Counted from the stretch's first letter, positions 35,250 to 44,844 are shown. The stretch: DNA of 64,000 bases from an uncultured Acidobacteriota bacterium (GCA_963702425.1 CAVPCQ010000037.1:341495-405494), one strand, 5' to 3'. A program made the numbers and translations. Notes: generated by a model not told the origin, from the letters alone.

Positions 35250-36527
35250 ATGGAGACCGACATCCGGAACAACCCCGGGCTGCTCAAGCTCGAGCTCTAC
35301 TGCCGGGGCGCGCACATCGACGACTCGCTCAAGGTCAAGGACGAGGGCGGACGGCCGATTCTCCGGACCCGCGCCGGGCTCGGCTCGGGGCTCGAGGTCA
35401 TCCTGCCCGACAACATCTGGACCAACGTCCCGGTGGTGGAGCCGTTCGTCAGGCACTCGCCGTACGTGGTGCGCCGGCGCGAGGACGGGACAGTCTGGAT
35501 CGACCGCGACCGGGAGCCGATCGCCGAGGTCAAGCTTGCGCCGCGCCCCACCTGGTACGACCGGAAGACCACCAGCGGCAAGCCGATGACCGCCGTCGGC
35601 ACGCTGCAGGGGACCTATCTCGGGGTCTACCCGGCGAAGGTCTGCGAGTACTGGACGGGCGCCGACCGGACCAACTGCAAGTTCTGCTCGGTCGGGCTCA
35701 ACCTCGGGGCCGACGACGCCGACGACAAGAAAGTCGCCGAGGTGGTCGAGGTCGCCGCCGCGGCTCGCGACGAGTCGGACATCACCTACATCGATTTCAA
35801 TACCGGGCACTACGAGGGCGAGACCTACCTCGACATCCTCGAGCCGTACATCCGCGCGGTGAAGCAGGCGACCGGCGTGATGATCGGCGTGCAGACGCCG
35901 CCGCACTCGGACCTCTCGCGCTACGACAGGCTGAAGAAGCTGGGCGTCAACCGCGTCTCGTTCTGCTTCGAGATCTACGACCCCGAGATCTTCGTGGAGA
36001 CCTGCCCCGGCAAGGCGGAGCGGTACGGCCTCAAGCGATACCTCGACGCGGTCGAGTACAACGCCAGGCTCGCGAAAAGCGCCGGGCTCTCGTTCGATCC
36101 CTGGGTCAGCAACGGCGAGATCATCGCCGGCATCGAGCCCCCCGCCTCGTCGATCAAGGCGATCCAGTGGATCACCTCGGTCGGTGCGATCCCGACGGTC
36201 TGCGTCTTCCGTCCGCTCTGCGGCACCGACTACGAGAAAGTGCCGCCGCCGCGCACCGAAGAGATGATCCCGGTCTTTGCCGCCCAGTACGAGGCCTGCA
36301 TGAAGGCCGGGCTGCCGATCGCGGTCGCCCCCAACGTCAACGTCTCGCTCGTCATGCTGCCGTGGGAGTCGCGCTGGCTGGTCCCGAAGCGCATCCGGCG
36401 CCGCTACGCGCTGGGCGAGGCCAAGATGGCGGCGATGCGGCGGTTCTTCGGGCGCCACCTCTACGGCCAGTTGCGCCGGCACGACGCGGCGCGCCGCGCC
36501 GGCGAGGGCCAGGCGGCCTCCGCGTAG
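35250..36527 (+). CDS. Radical SAM protein with CX10CX2C motif
   Basis: CEYWTGADRTNCKFC, FNTG, CPGK, IIAGIE, FRPLCGT; resembles MSMEG_0568-like radical SAMs. Confidence 0.8.
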   Translation: METDIRNNPGLLKLELYCRGAHIDDSLKVKDEGGRPILRTRAGLGSGLEVILPDNIWTNVPVVEPFVRHSPYVVRRREDGTVWIDRDREPIAEVKLAPRPTWYDRKTTSGKPMTAVGTLQGTYLGVYPAKVCEYWTGADRTNCKFCSVGLNLGADDADDKKVAEVVEVAAAARDESDITYIDFNTGHYEGETYLDILEPYIRAVKQATGVMIGVQTPPHSDLSRYDRLKKLGVNRVSFCFEIYDPEIFVETCPGKAERYGLKRYLDAVEYNARLAKSAGLSFDPWVSNGEIIAGIEPPASSIKAIQWITSVGAIPTVCVFRPLCGTDYEKVPPPRTEEMIPVFAAQYEACMKAGLPIAVAPNVNVSLVMLPWESRWLVPKRIRRRYALGEAKMAAMRRFFGRHLYGQLRRHDAARRAGEGQAASA

Positions 36528-36592
36528 CCGGGCCCGCCCGGCGTAGCCTTCCGCGCGACGGCGCTGCCGCGCCCCGCGAGGCGAAGCCGGGC

Positions 36593-37069
36593 CTAGCAGG
36601 GCAGGGTCGGACCGTCCTCGTCCTTCGGTGGCATCAGGTGGATCACCTGCAGCCGGCAGTTGTTCAAGCGGTGCATCAGCACCCGGGCGACCCGTTCCAT
36701 GAAGATGAACCCGAAGCGCGGGTTGACCTCCAGGTAGCCCAGCAGGCGGTCGCCGTCGATCGCCAGGACCTCCGCCTTCTCCGAGGCCGTCGCCTTCATG
36801 TTGTGCACGCGCGGCGGGATCAGCGCATTGAGGCCGATCAGCGCGCCCGGCTCCGCCGTGTTGAAGAAGACGTCCGCTCCCGGCGAGACCTCGTAGCCCT
36901 GCCGGACCCGGCCTTTGAGCACCAGGAAGACCTCGCGCCCCTCGTCCTCGCGGTCGAACACCCGCTGGCCCGGCTCGAAGACGAGCTTGCGGGAAAAGGT
37001 GCCGATGTCGGCGAGCGCCTGCTCGTCGAAGCCGGCGAAGAAGCTCGTTCTCTTCAGTTCCTCGATCAT
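36593..37069 (-). CDS. Stand-alone cyclic nucleotide-binding (Crp N-terminal-like) domain protein
   Basis: LKRTSFFAGF, FEPGQRVF, VFLVLKGRV, PGALIG; no HTH domain. Confidence 0.82.
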   Translation of the reverse strand: MIEELKRTSFFAGFDEQALADIGTFSRKLVFEPGQRVFDREDEGREVFLVLKGRVRQGYEVSPGADVFFNTAEPGALIGLNALIPPRVHNMKATASEKAEVLAIDGDRLLGYLEVNPRFGFIFMERVARVLMHRLNNCRLQVIHLMPPKDEDGPTLPC

Positions 37070-37072
37070 CCG

Positions 37073-37567
37073 TCACTCTCCTCCCGGGGCGAGCCCCGAA
37101 AGCATGCGCAGCGTCGCCCGGTGGGCTCCGGCCACCAGGCGGGGAAGGACGCGGGTGAGGGCCGGCGACAGCCCCCGGCCCGCCTCGATCGTGGCCGGGC
37201 GGACCGCCATCACCCAGGCATTCCGCAGCGGCAGGTCCAGCGCGCGGCCGAGCTGGAACACGGTCGCGAGGTCGAATCCGTGCAGGGAGAGCGCTGCCGC
37301 CGGCTCCGGCCAGCCGGGGCGGTCGAGGCGCACGAAGCGGACCGAGCCCGGCTCGCCGTCGAACTGCGCGGCGTCGACGAGCAGCACCTTGCGGCCGGCC
37401 TCGAGTTCCTCGAGCACGACCAGCGGGTCGCCGCCGGCGACGCGCACGCGGGCGCCGGGGGGGAGCGACAACTCGGCCAGCCGCGCGGCAACCGCCTCGC
37501 CCACGCCGTCGTCACCGACCAGCGGATTGCCCGCTCCCACGACCGTCACCGCCGGCTCTGCCGTCAT
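37073..37567 (-). CDS. Hydrogenase maturation protease
   Basis: VGAGNPLVGDDGVG, LLVDAA, SLHG, GLSP. Confidence 0.92.
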   Translation of the reverse strand: MTAEPAVTVVGAGNPLVGDDGVGEAVAARLAELSLPPGARVRVAGGDPLVVLEELEAGRKVLLVDAAQFDGEPGSVRFVRLDRPGWPEPAAALSLHGFDLATVFQLGRALDLPLRNAWVMAVRPATIEAGRGLSPALTRVLPRLVAGAHRATLRMLSGLAPGGE

Positions 37568-37580
37568 GGCCCGCTCCGCG

Positions 37581-38936
37581 TCAACCGCGCCCGCCGGCCG
37601 TGGGGCTCTCCGGTCCGGCGGCCCCGCCGTCGTGGCCTTGTCCGACGAAGCTGACGTCGAGCAGGTGCACCGCGCACGAGATGCAGGGATCGTACGCTCG
37701 CACCAGCATCTCCATCGCCCGCGTGATCTCGTTCTTTGGCTTCGTCACCAGCGCGGGCACGAAGGCCCGCATGTCGGCCTCGATCGCCGCCAGGTTCTGC
37801 CCGGTGGGGATCACGCAGTTGGCCCGCACGATCCGACCGTCCGACCCGATCTCGTAGTCGTGGATCAGCGTCCCGCGCGGGACCTCGGCCAGCCCCACCC
37901 CGACGCCGCCGCGCGGGCGGGTGACCGGGGCGCGCTCCTCCGGGGACGGGTCGCCGAGCAGGAGTTCCGTCAGCGTGATCGCCTCCTCGAAGGCCTGCAC
38001 CGACTCCACGACCTGGGCCGGCGTGTAGTGGAACGGGTTCCGGGTCGCCGGCGACAGCTTCAGCGCCGCCGCGGCCTTCGTGGCCGCGGGCCCGAGCCGC
38101 TCGTGCGCCAGCTGGTACCGCGCCAGCGCCCCGACCCGCACCGCGCCGTTGGCGCCGCGGGTGTGCTTCGCCGCCGAATGCTCCACGATGTGTTCGACGC
38201 TCGCCTCGCGGTAGGCGCCGGGCGCGAAGACGGGGCCCCGGCTGGAGTGGATCGGGCCGCCCATCATCGGGTAGGCGCCGTCCTCCTCGAGTGCGGCCAG
38301 GGCCTCGATCTCCTGCGAGAAGTCCGGCCACTCGATCGGGGCGAACAGCTCGACCGTCGCCTCGACGTCGGCCCGCGCGGCCACCAGGCGCGCGTGGAGC
38401 ACTTCCAGCGCGGCCGCGGACGGCCAGTGCCCCATCCCGCCCGGCAGGTAGGAGATCGGCATGACGTGCCGGCCGCTGATCGCGTAGCAGATCTCGTTCG
38501 CCAGGCCCTTCAGCCGCAGCGCGCGGCGCACGATCTCGGGGTGTGTCGTGGCGAGCGGGATCACGGACGGCGCGTGGAACAGGTCCGGAGCGACGAGGAA
38601 GTAGGCGTGGAGCACGTGCGACTGGAGCCACTCGCCGCACATGTTGAGCCGGCGCAGCGCGCGCGTCTTCGGTCCGGGTGCGATGCCGAGCGCCGCCTCG
38701 ACCGCGTGGATCGCGGCCGTGGCGTGCCCGACCGAGCAGATCCCGCAGATCCGGCAGGTGATCCGGGGCGCCTCGTCGTGCGGGCGGTCCTTCAGCAGGG
38801 CCTCGAAGAACCGCGGCGACTCGACGATCTGGAGTTCGCAGCGCGTGAGCGTCCCGTCCTTGAGGTCCACGACGATGTTGCCGTGGCCCTCGACGCGCGT
38901 CACGTGATGGACGGAGATGGAAGTGCTTTTTCCCAT
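37581..38936 (-). CDS. Group 3b [NiFe]-hydrogenase large (alpha) subunit
   Basis: TRVEGHG, ESPRFFE, L1 RICGICSVGH, EVPRGTLIHDY, PTGQN, L2 YDPCISCAVH plus cleavable C-terminal tail. Confidence 0.95.
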   Translation of the reverse strand: MGKSTSISVHHVTRVEGHGNIVVDLKDGTLTRCELQIVESPRFFEALLKDRPHDEAPRITCRICGICSVGHATAAIHAVEAALGIAPGPKTRALRRLNMCGEWLQSHVLHAYFLVAPDLFHAPSVIPLATTHPEIVRRALRLKGLANEICYAISGRHVMPISYLPGGMGHWPSAAALEVLHARLVAARADVEATVELFAPIEWPDFSQEIEALAALEEDGAYPMMGGPIHSSRGPVFAPGAYREASVEHIVEHSAAKHTRGANGAVRVGALARYQLAHERLGPAATKAAAALKLSPATRNPFHYTPAQVVESVQAFEEAITLTELLLGDPSPEERAPVTRPRGGVGVGLAEVPRGTLIHDYEIGSDGRIVRANCVIPTGQNLAAIEADMRAFVPALVTKPKNEITRAMEMLVRAYDPCISCAVHLLDVSFVGQGHDGGAAGPESPTAGGRG

Positions 38937-39712
38937 GGCTCCCTGAGCTCCCTGTAGTTGTTGAAGAGCTGCAGCTTTTCGGCGGCGACGTAGCGCGGCA
39001 GACCGTGCCGGAAGAAGGCCTCGCCGAGCGCTTCGAAATTGGGGCTGTCGTGGATCCCGCGGCAGGCCTCGCAGGGCGCGCCGAAGGCCGGGCAGATCGC
39101 TTCGCATCCCGCGCGGGCGACCGAGCCGACGCAGGGGAGACCGCGCTCGAGCATGCACGGCGTGCCGCGCATCGTGCACTGCACGCAGACGGCAAAGGGC
39201 GGGACATACGGGACCGTTCCCGCCAGCAGCGAGCGCAACGCCTCGAGCAGCTCGTCGCGGTCGATCGGGCAGCCGCGGATCTCGTAGTCGACCTGCACCA
39301 CGCTCCGCACCGGGCTGGCCTCGGAGAGGGTCTTGAAGACGCCGTCCTGGCGCCCCCCGTAGATCTCCCGCGCGAGGCTGGCCGGCGAGCACTTGTTGCG
39401 GATCGCGTTCACGCCACCGAGGCAGGCGCAGGCCCCGATCGCGATCAGGATCTTGGCGCGTTTGCGGATCTGCTGGATCTCCTCGATGTCCTCCGGGCGG
39501 ACCAGCGAGCCCTCGATGAAGGCGATGTCGTAGTCGTCGCGCCGGTCGTCGATCGCTTCGCGGAAGTTCACGATCTCGATCGCGCCGAGCAGCGTCAGGA
39601 GCTGGTCCTCGATCGAAAGGACCTGGAGCTGGCAGCCCTCACACGAAGCGAAAGAGAAGAAGGCGGCCTTGGGCAGCGCGCGCGGGGCGGGGGTCGGGGT
39701 GGGGCTGGCCAT
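38900..39712 (-). CDS. Group 3b hydrogenase small (delta) subunit
   Basis: FASCEGCQL, IEGS, IGACACLGG, GCPI, Cys-rich C-terminal domain ending CEACRG. Confidence 0.93.
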   Translation of the reverse strand: MASPTPTPAPRALPKAAFFSFASCEGCQLQVLSIEDQLLTLLGAIEIVNFREAIDDRRDDYDIAFIEGSLVRPEDIEEIQQIRKRAKILIAIGACACLGGVNAIRNKCSPASLAREIYGGRQDGVFKTLSEASPVRSVVQVDYEIRGCPIDRDELLEALRSLLAGTVPYVPPFAVCVQCTMRGTPCMLERGLPCVGSVARAGCEAICPAFGAPCEACRGIHDSPNFEALGEAFFRHGLPRYVAAEKLQLFNNYRELREPWEKALPSPSIT

Positions 39713-40545
39713 CAGACGGCCTCCTTGAGGTGCCGCACCTCGCGGTAGCTGTAGAGCGGCCCCTCCTGGCAGACGTACAGCCCGTTCATCTGGCAGTTAC
39801 CGCACAGGCCGATGCCGCACTTCATGCGCCGCTCGAGCGTCATCCAGAGGTGGTTCTCGTAGAGGCCCATCCCGAGCAGCTTGCGCAGGCAGTGGCGGTA
39901 CATCACCGGGGGGCCGCAGATGAACGCGTAGGCGTCCTCGACGTCGGCGTCGAGCTCGTCGAAGAGGGTCGTGATCACGCCGATCCGCCCGGTCCAGGTG
40001 TCGCGCGCAGCGTCGACCGAGACCAGGACCCGCACGTCGTCGCGCCGCGCCGACCAGGAGGCGAGGTCTTCCTTGAACAGGATCTCCTCGGGCGAGCGCG
40101 CGCCGACCAGGATGTCGATGCGGCGGAACAGCTCGCGGTGCAGCAGCGAGCGCTGCACGAAGGGCCGCAGCGGGGCCAGGCCGAGGCCGCCGGCGATGAG
40201 GATCAGGTTCGAGCCCTCGAACTTCTCCCAGGTCACCCGTCGCCCGAACGGTCCACGGACGTACATCGTGTCGCCCGGTTTCAAGCGCGTGATCAGATTG
40301 GTCAGGCGACCGGCCCGTCGGATGAGCATCTCGAACGTGCCGTCGGCGGCCCCTTCGCCGGGCAGGGCGGCCAGGGAGATCGGCGCCTCGCCGATCCCCG
40401 GGATCGAGATCATCACGAACTGGCCCGGCTCGGGCCGGAACGGCTCGCCGCGCGGGGCCTCGACGACGAAGTGGACCTCGCGCGGCGACTGCTGCATCGC
40501 CTCGTAGATCCGGCAGGGTTCGGGGATCATCCGGTGCTGGGCCAT
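39712..40545 (-). CDS. Group 3b hydrogenase gamma subunit (FAD/NAD(P), 2Fe-2S)
   Basis: PGQFVM, GEAPIS, VRGPFG, AGGLGLAPLR, CGPPVM, MKCGIGLCGNC...VCQEGP. Confidence 0.93.
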   Translation of the reverse strand: MAQHRMIPEPCRIYEAMQQSPREVHFVVEAPRGEPFRPEPGQFVMISIPGIGEAPISLAALPGEGAADGTFEMLIRRAGRLTNLITRLKPGDTMYVRGPFGRRVTWEKFEGSNLILIAGGLGLAPLRPFVQRSLLHRELFRRIDILVGARSPEEILFKEDLASWSARRDDVRVLVSVDAARDTWTGRIGVITTLFDELDADVEDAYAFICGPPVMYRHCLRKLLGMGLYENHLWMTLERRMKCGIGLCGNCQMNGLYVCQEGPLYSYREVRHLKEAV

Positions 40546-41588
40546 CACGCCGTCCCTCCCACCTGGCGGAAGATCTCCCGGATCGAGATCCGCGTCGGGC
40601 AGTGGTGCGGGCAGCGGCCGCAGCCGGTGCAGCCGACCATCCCGTAGCGCTCGGGCATGTACTTGCCCTTCCTGAAGATCCGGTAGCGGAGTTGCTGGGC
40701 CCGGCCGGGGCGGAAGTCGTGCCCGCCTGCGACGCGCGAGAAACCGGTGACCTGGCAGCCGGACCAGGTCCGCACGCGAACGCCGGTCCGCCCGTCGAGC
40801 GGTGCGGTGTCGGAGACGTCGAAACAGGTGCAGGTCGGGCAGACCAGGTTGCAGCGGCCGCAGGACAGGCAGCGGTCGGCGTTGGCGTCCCAGAGCAGGT
40901 CCGATTCGGCGGCTTCGAGCGCCACCGGCAGCCGGTCCGGCGCGAACTTGAGGTGCTGCGGGAAGGCCTCGAGCCGCACCCGGAGCCGCCGCCGCAGCGT
41001 CACCATCTCCTCCGCGGTCGCGGCCTCGAGCGGCGTCACCTCCGCCAGCAGGTCCCGCCCACGCGCGGTCAGGACCTTCATCAGCAGCACCTCGCCAATG
41101 TCCCAGGCGTAGAGATCGGCCGGAATCTCGTTGTCGAGGCTGCCCATGTCGCGGCAGAAGGCCTCCCCGAGGCAGGGGACCCAGCAGGCCAGGCCGAGGA
41201 TGAAGGCGTGATCCAGCCGGTTCGTGACCAGCCGGTCGCGCGTCCCGGAGTCGTGGAACGCGCGCAGCACGCGCAGTCCGGTCAGGTCGCAGCCGTGCAC
41301 GCCGAGCAGCGCGATCGGGCGCTCGGGCGCCGGGGGCTCGAAGGTGATGGCACCGTTGTCGCCGCGCCGGTAGGTGAACAGCACCTCGCGCTGCGGGGCG
41401 AGCAGGGCCCGGAGGGGCAGCATCGTTGTGGGATAATCCAGCGCGATCGGCTCGCCGGGCCGCAACTCCTCCCACGCGAACGTGTTGCCGCGCGGGGCGG
41501 GTCCGAGGACCCGATACTCCCGCGCGAGACGTGTGACGAGCGCGTCGAGGAGTTCGCGGGGAAGCCGGTAGATGTCTCGCTCCGTCAC
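40545..41588 (-). CDS. Group 3b hydrogenase beta subunit (AsrA-like Fe-S)
   Basis: GVHGCD, CLSCGRCNLVCPTCTCF, RTWSGC, CTGCGRCPHHCP; AGGAGG SD. Confidence 0.93.
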   Translation of the reverse strand: MTERDIYRLPRELLDALVTRLAREYRVLGPAPRGNTFAWEELRPGEPIALDYPTTMLPLRALLAPQREVLFTYRRGDNGAITFEPPAPERPIALLGVHGCDLTGLRVLRAFHDSGTRDRLVTNRLDHAFILGLACWVPCLGEAFCRDMGSLDNEIPADLYAWDIGEVLLMKVLTARGRDLLAEVTPLEAATAEEMVTLRRRLRVRLEAFPQHLKFAPDRLPVALEAAESDLLWDANADRCLSCGRCNLVCPTCTCFDVSDTAPLDGRTGVRVRTWSGCQVTGFSRVAGGHDFRPGRAQQLRYRIFRKGKYMPERYGMVGCTGCGRCPHHCPTRISIREIFRQVGGTA

Positions 41589-41710
41589 CTGGGGCTCCTC
41601 CTGTTGGCGGGGAGAGTGGGTGTTCTCGACCGGGCGCCCACGGGACGTGAGCGAACACCGGCCGCGCCGCGGGGCGCGGGACTCGACGGACGGGGGTGAC
41701 CGAGTCGATG

Positions 41711-41726
41711 AGCAAACCGCGTGCCC
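41711..41726 (-). promoter_or_regulatory. Sigma-54 (-24/-12) promoter of the hydrogenase operon
   Basis: Minus strand GGGCACGCGGTTTGCT matches TGGCACG-N4-TTGCW with exact GG-N10-GC spacing, ~120 bp upstream of the beta subunit gene. Confidence 0.85.
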
Positions 41727-41869
41727 ACGCTCCGGGCTCCGGGACGGGCGCCAACGGGGCGGAAACCGACCGTTCCCGCGGGCCGAAACGCTCCGAGAAG
41801 CCGGTTAGGCGGAACCCGCCGGGTGATTTCCCCCAGCCCGCGGGGGATCGCACGCGTGCCGGGCCGCCC

Positions 41870-43372
41870 GTGCCGCGCCCCTCGTTCACACCCGCCGTGC
41901 TGCTGGTCGTGCCCGATGAAGCGTTTGCCGCGCAGCTGGCCGCCCTGGCGCGGGACGCCGCCCTCGAGCCCGAGATCGCTCCGACGCTCGCCGCGGCGCG
42001 CGACGCCCTCGGCCGCGCGCGCTGGGACATGATGCTGGTCGACCCGGACCTCCCGGACGGCTCGGGCCACGCACTGCTCGAGGAAGTCCGCGCGCTCGCA
42101 CTGCCCACGCTGGTGATGCTGGTCACGCATCGGGCCCGCGTGGACGAGGTCCTGCTCGCGCTCGACGCCGGGGCAGGTGCGATCCTCCCGAGGCGTGCTC
42201 CCCTCCGACAGTTGGGGATCGCGATCCAGCGCGCGGCGTCGCTGGTCCGGGTCGAGGCCTTCCGCCGCCAGATCGAAGCCCGCTACCGGCAGGTCTTCGA
42301 CCGGGCGCTCGACGCGGCCTATCTGATCGATCCCGAGGGGGCCGTCGTGGAGGCCAACCTTGCCGCCGCGCGCCTGCCCGGGGTCGCCGCGCCGGCCGCC
42401 GGCGACGACTTCCTCGCGCTCTGGCCCGAGCCCTCGCGCGGCGCGGTCCGCGACTGGCTCGCGCGCCCGGTTCAGGGTGCGGACGCCGGCGCGCCCGAAG
42501 TGCTCGAGGTCACGCTGACCGCGGCGGCGGCCACGGAGGCGCCGGGCGCCGCGGGCGAAGGGTTCGAGTCGGTGCTCGAACTGCGCGGAGGCGACGTGGA
42601 GGGCACCGTCCCGCCGCTGCGGCACGTCGTCGTGCGCGACATCACCGAGCGCGTGCGGCTCGGCCAGCGCGCGCTGCACGCAGAGCGGCTGGCCGGCGTC
42701 GGGCGGCTCGCGGCCGACCTCGCCCACGAACTCCGCAACGCGCTGGCCGGCATCGACGGGGTGCTGCAGGTGCTTCAGCACGACGCCGCGCTTCCGGTCT
42801 CGCGCCAGGAGATCCTCGGTGAAGCGCGCGACCGGATCGAGCGGACGCGCGAGGTGGTCTTCGATCTGCTCGCCTTCATGCGCCCACTACGGCTGGCCCG
42901 CCTGGCATGGCCGGCCGGCGTCGTCCTGGACGCGCTGTGCGAGGCGGTGTCCGGCCACCCCGAGGCGGCCGAGGTCGCGATCACGCCGGTCGATCGCTGC
43001 CCCGCCGGCGTTTCGGTCGAGGTCGACGCCTCTCACCTGCGGCTCGCGGCCCGCAATCTGATCCTCAACGCCGCGCAGGCGATGGGCGGGCGCGGCCGGC
43101 TCGAGATCGGGGCCGAGCGGCGCGGGCACGAGGTCTGGTTCGCGTTCCACGACGAGGGACCCGGCGTCGCGCCGGAGCTCTCCGAGCGGATCTTCGAGCC
43201 GTTCTTCACCACCCGCGGGGAAGGGACGGGGCTCGGCCTCGCGATCGCGGCCAGCATCGTCGAGAGCCACGGCGGGCGACTGTTCCTCGAACCCTCGCGG
43301 CGCGGCGCACGCTTCGTGATCGCGCTTCCGGTGACCGGCGCGGGGGCACCCGGGCGCCCGGGTGTGGTTTGA
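41870..43372 (+). CDS. Cytoplasmic sensor histidine kinase (degenerate REC-PAS-HisKA-HATPase)
   Basis: VDPDLPDGSG receiver-like N-terminus, PAS (YRQVFD...RDITER), LAHELRN H-box, NLILNA, DEGPG, FEPFFTT, GTGLGL. Start uncertain. Confidence 0.9.
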   Translation: MPRPSFTPAVLLVVPDEAFAAQLAALARDAALEPEIAPTLAAARDALGRARWDMMLVDPDLPDGSGHALLEEVRALALPTLVMLVTHRARVDEVLLALDAGAGAILPRRAPLRQLGIAIQRAASLVRVEAFRRQIEARYRQVFDRALDAAYLIDPEGAVVEANLAAARLPGVAAPAAGDDFLALWPEPSRGAVRDWLARPVQGADAGAPEVLEVTLTAAAATEAPGAAGEGFESVLELRGGDVEGTVPPLRHVVVRDITERVRLGQRALHAERLAGVGRLAADLAHELRNALAGIDGVLQVLQHDAALPVSRQEILGEARDRIERTREVVFDLLAFMRPLRLARLAWPAGVVLDALCEAVSGHPEAAEVAITPVDRCPAGVSVEVDASHLRLAARNLILNAAQAMGGRGRLEIGAERRGHEVWFAFHDEGPGVAPELSERIFEPFFTTRGEGTGLGLAIAASIVESHGGRLFLEPSRRGARFVIALPVTGAGAPGRPGVV

Positions 43373-43413
43373 TGGGCCGTCCCTGAACGGGCCCCTCCTG
43401 GAGAACGTCCCCG

Positions 43414-44844
43414 ATGCCGGCGGAGAAGATCCTCCTGGTCGACGACGAGAAGCTGGTCCGCTGGTCGCTGCGGGAGCGCCTGACCTCGGAGGGGTTCGAG
43501 GTCGACGAGGCCGAGAACCTGGCGACGGCCGATCGCCGCATGGCGACCGATTTCTACGACCTGGTGCTGCTCGACCACCGCTTGCCCGACGGCTCGGGAC
43601 TCGAACGGATCGGCTCGATCGCGCGCGATTTCCCCGAGACGGCGGTCGTCATGCTGACCGCCTACGGCACCGTGGAAGGAGCCGTACGCGCCATCAAGTC
43701 CGGCGCCAACGACTACCTGACCAAGCCGATCGACGGCGACGCGCTGCTCGCCGTCGTGCGCCGCGTGCTCGACACGACCCGCCTGCGGCGCGAGCTGCGG
43801 CGGCTCAAGGAGGACCAAAAGAAGGTCCACGGCCCGGCCAACCTGATCGGCCGTTCGCCGGCGATGCGCGCGATCTTCGACGTCGTCGGGAAGGTCGCCG
43901 GGTCGGCGGCGACCACCGTGCTCCTGACCGGCGAGTCGGGGACCGGCAAGGACGTCGTCGCCAAGGCGATCCACTACGCCTCGGACCGCGCCGACCGGCC
44001 GTTCATGAACATCACCTGCACGGCGGTCCCGGCGACGCTGCTGGAGTCGGAGCTGTTCGGCCACGAGCGCGGGGCCTTCACCGACGCCCGCGTCGGAAAG
44101 AAGGGGTTGCTCGAACTGGCCGACGGCGGGACCGCCTTCCTCGACGAGATCGGCGACATGCCGCCACCGCTGCAGGCCAAGCTGCTGCGTTTTCTCGAGG
44201 ACAAGTCGTTCAAGCGGGTCGGGGGCACGCGCGACATCAAGGTCGACGTGCGGATCATCGCCGCGACGAACCGCAACCTGGCCGAGGCGGTGCGCGAGAA
44301 GCAGTTCCGGGAGGACCTGTTCTACCGCATCAACGTCGTCCCGATCGCGCTCCCGCCGCTGCGCGACCGCCAAGGCGACGTCTCGCTGCTCGCGCAGCAT
44401 TTCGTGCTCCACTTCAACCGCGAGTTCAAGAAGAACGTCGACGGGTTCTCGCGCCGGGCGCTGGCCGCGCTCGAGCGCTACGGCTGGCCGGGGAACGTGC
44501 GCGAGATGCGCAACGTCGTCGAGCGGATCATGATCCTCGAGCCGTCGGGCACGCTGCACCTCGAGGATCTGCCGCCTGAGATCCGCGGCGAGCCGGGCGC
44601 AGGACACGGCACGGAGCAGGCCTTCCGGCTCCCACCGGAGGGGGTCGTTCTCGAGCAGGTCGAGGAGACGCTCGTCCGCCAGGCCCTGGCGCGGGCCAAC
44701 GAGAATCGCACCCACGCCGCGCGCCTGCTCGGGATCACCCGCGACGCGCTGCGCTACAAGCTCAAGAAGTTCGAGCTCGAGGATGGGGCGGCGGCCGGGA
44801 ACGGCGTCGGCCCGGGGCCGGTCGGGGAGGACGGAGACGCCTGA
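43414..44844 (+). CDS. Sigma-54-dependent response regulator (NtrC/AtoC family)
   Basis: REC domain (LVDDE, LLD, KP), GESGTGK, ELFGHERGAFTDA, FLDEIG, WPGNVRE, Fis-type HTH. Confidence 0.96.
   Translation: MPAEKILLVDDEKLVRWSLRERLTSEGFEVDEAENLATADRRMATDFYDLVLLDHRLPDGSGLERIGSIARDFPETAVVMLTAYGTVEGAVRAIKSGANDYLTKPIDGDALLAVVRRVLDTTRLRRELRRLKEDQKKVHGPANLIGRSPAMRAIFDVVGKVAGSAATTVLLTGESGTGKDVVAKAIHYASDRADRPFMNITCTAVPATLLESELFGHERGAFTDARVGKKGLLELADGGTAFLDEIGDMPPPLQAKLLRFLEDKSFKRVGGTRDIKVDVRIIAATNRNLAEAVREKQFREDLFYRINVVPIALPPLRDRQGDVSLLAQHFVLHFNREFKKNVDGFSRRALAALERYGWPGNVREMRNVVERIMILEPSGTLHLEDLPPEIRGEPGAGHGTEQAFRLPPEGVVLEQVEETLVRQALARANENRTHAARLLGITRDALRYKLKKFELEDGAAAGNGVGPGPVGEDGDA

Noticed and set aside
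44060-44090. GAFTDA instead of GAFTGA in the sigma-54 activator as a sign of sigma-54 independence
   Set aside because: The key F and T residues are retained, this variant occurs in other activators, and a consensus sigma-54 promoter is adjacent.
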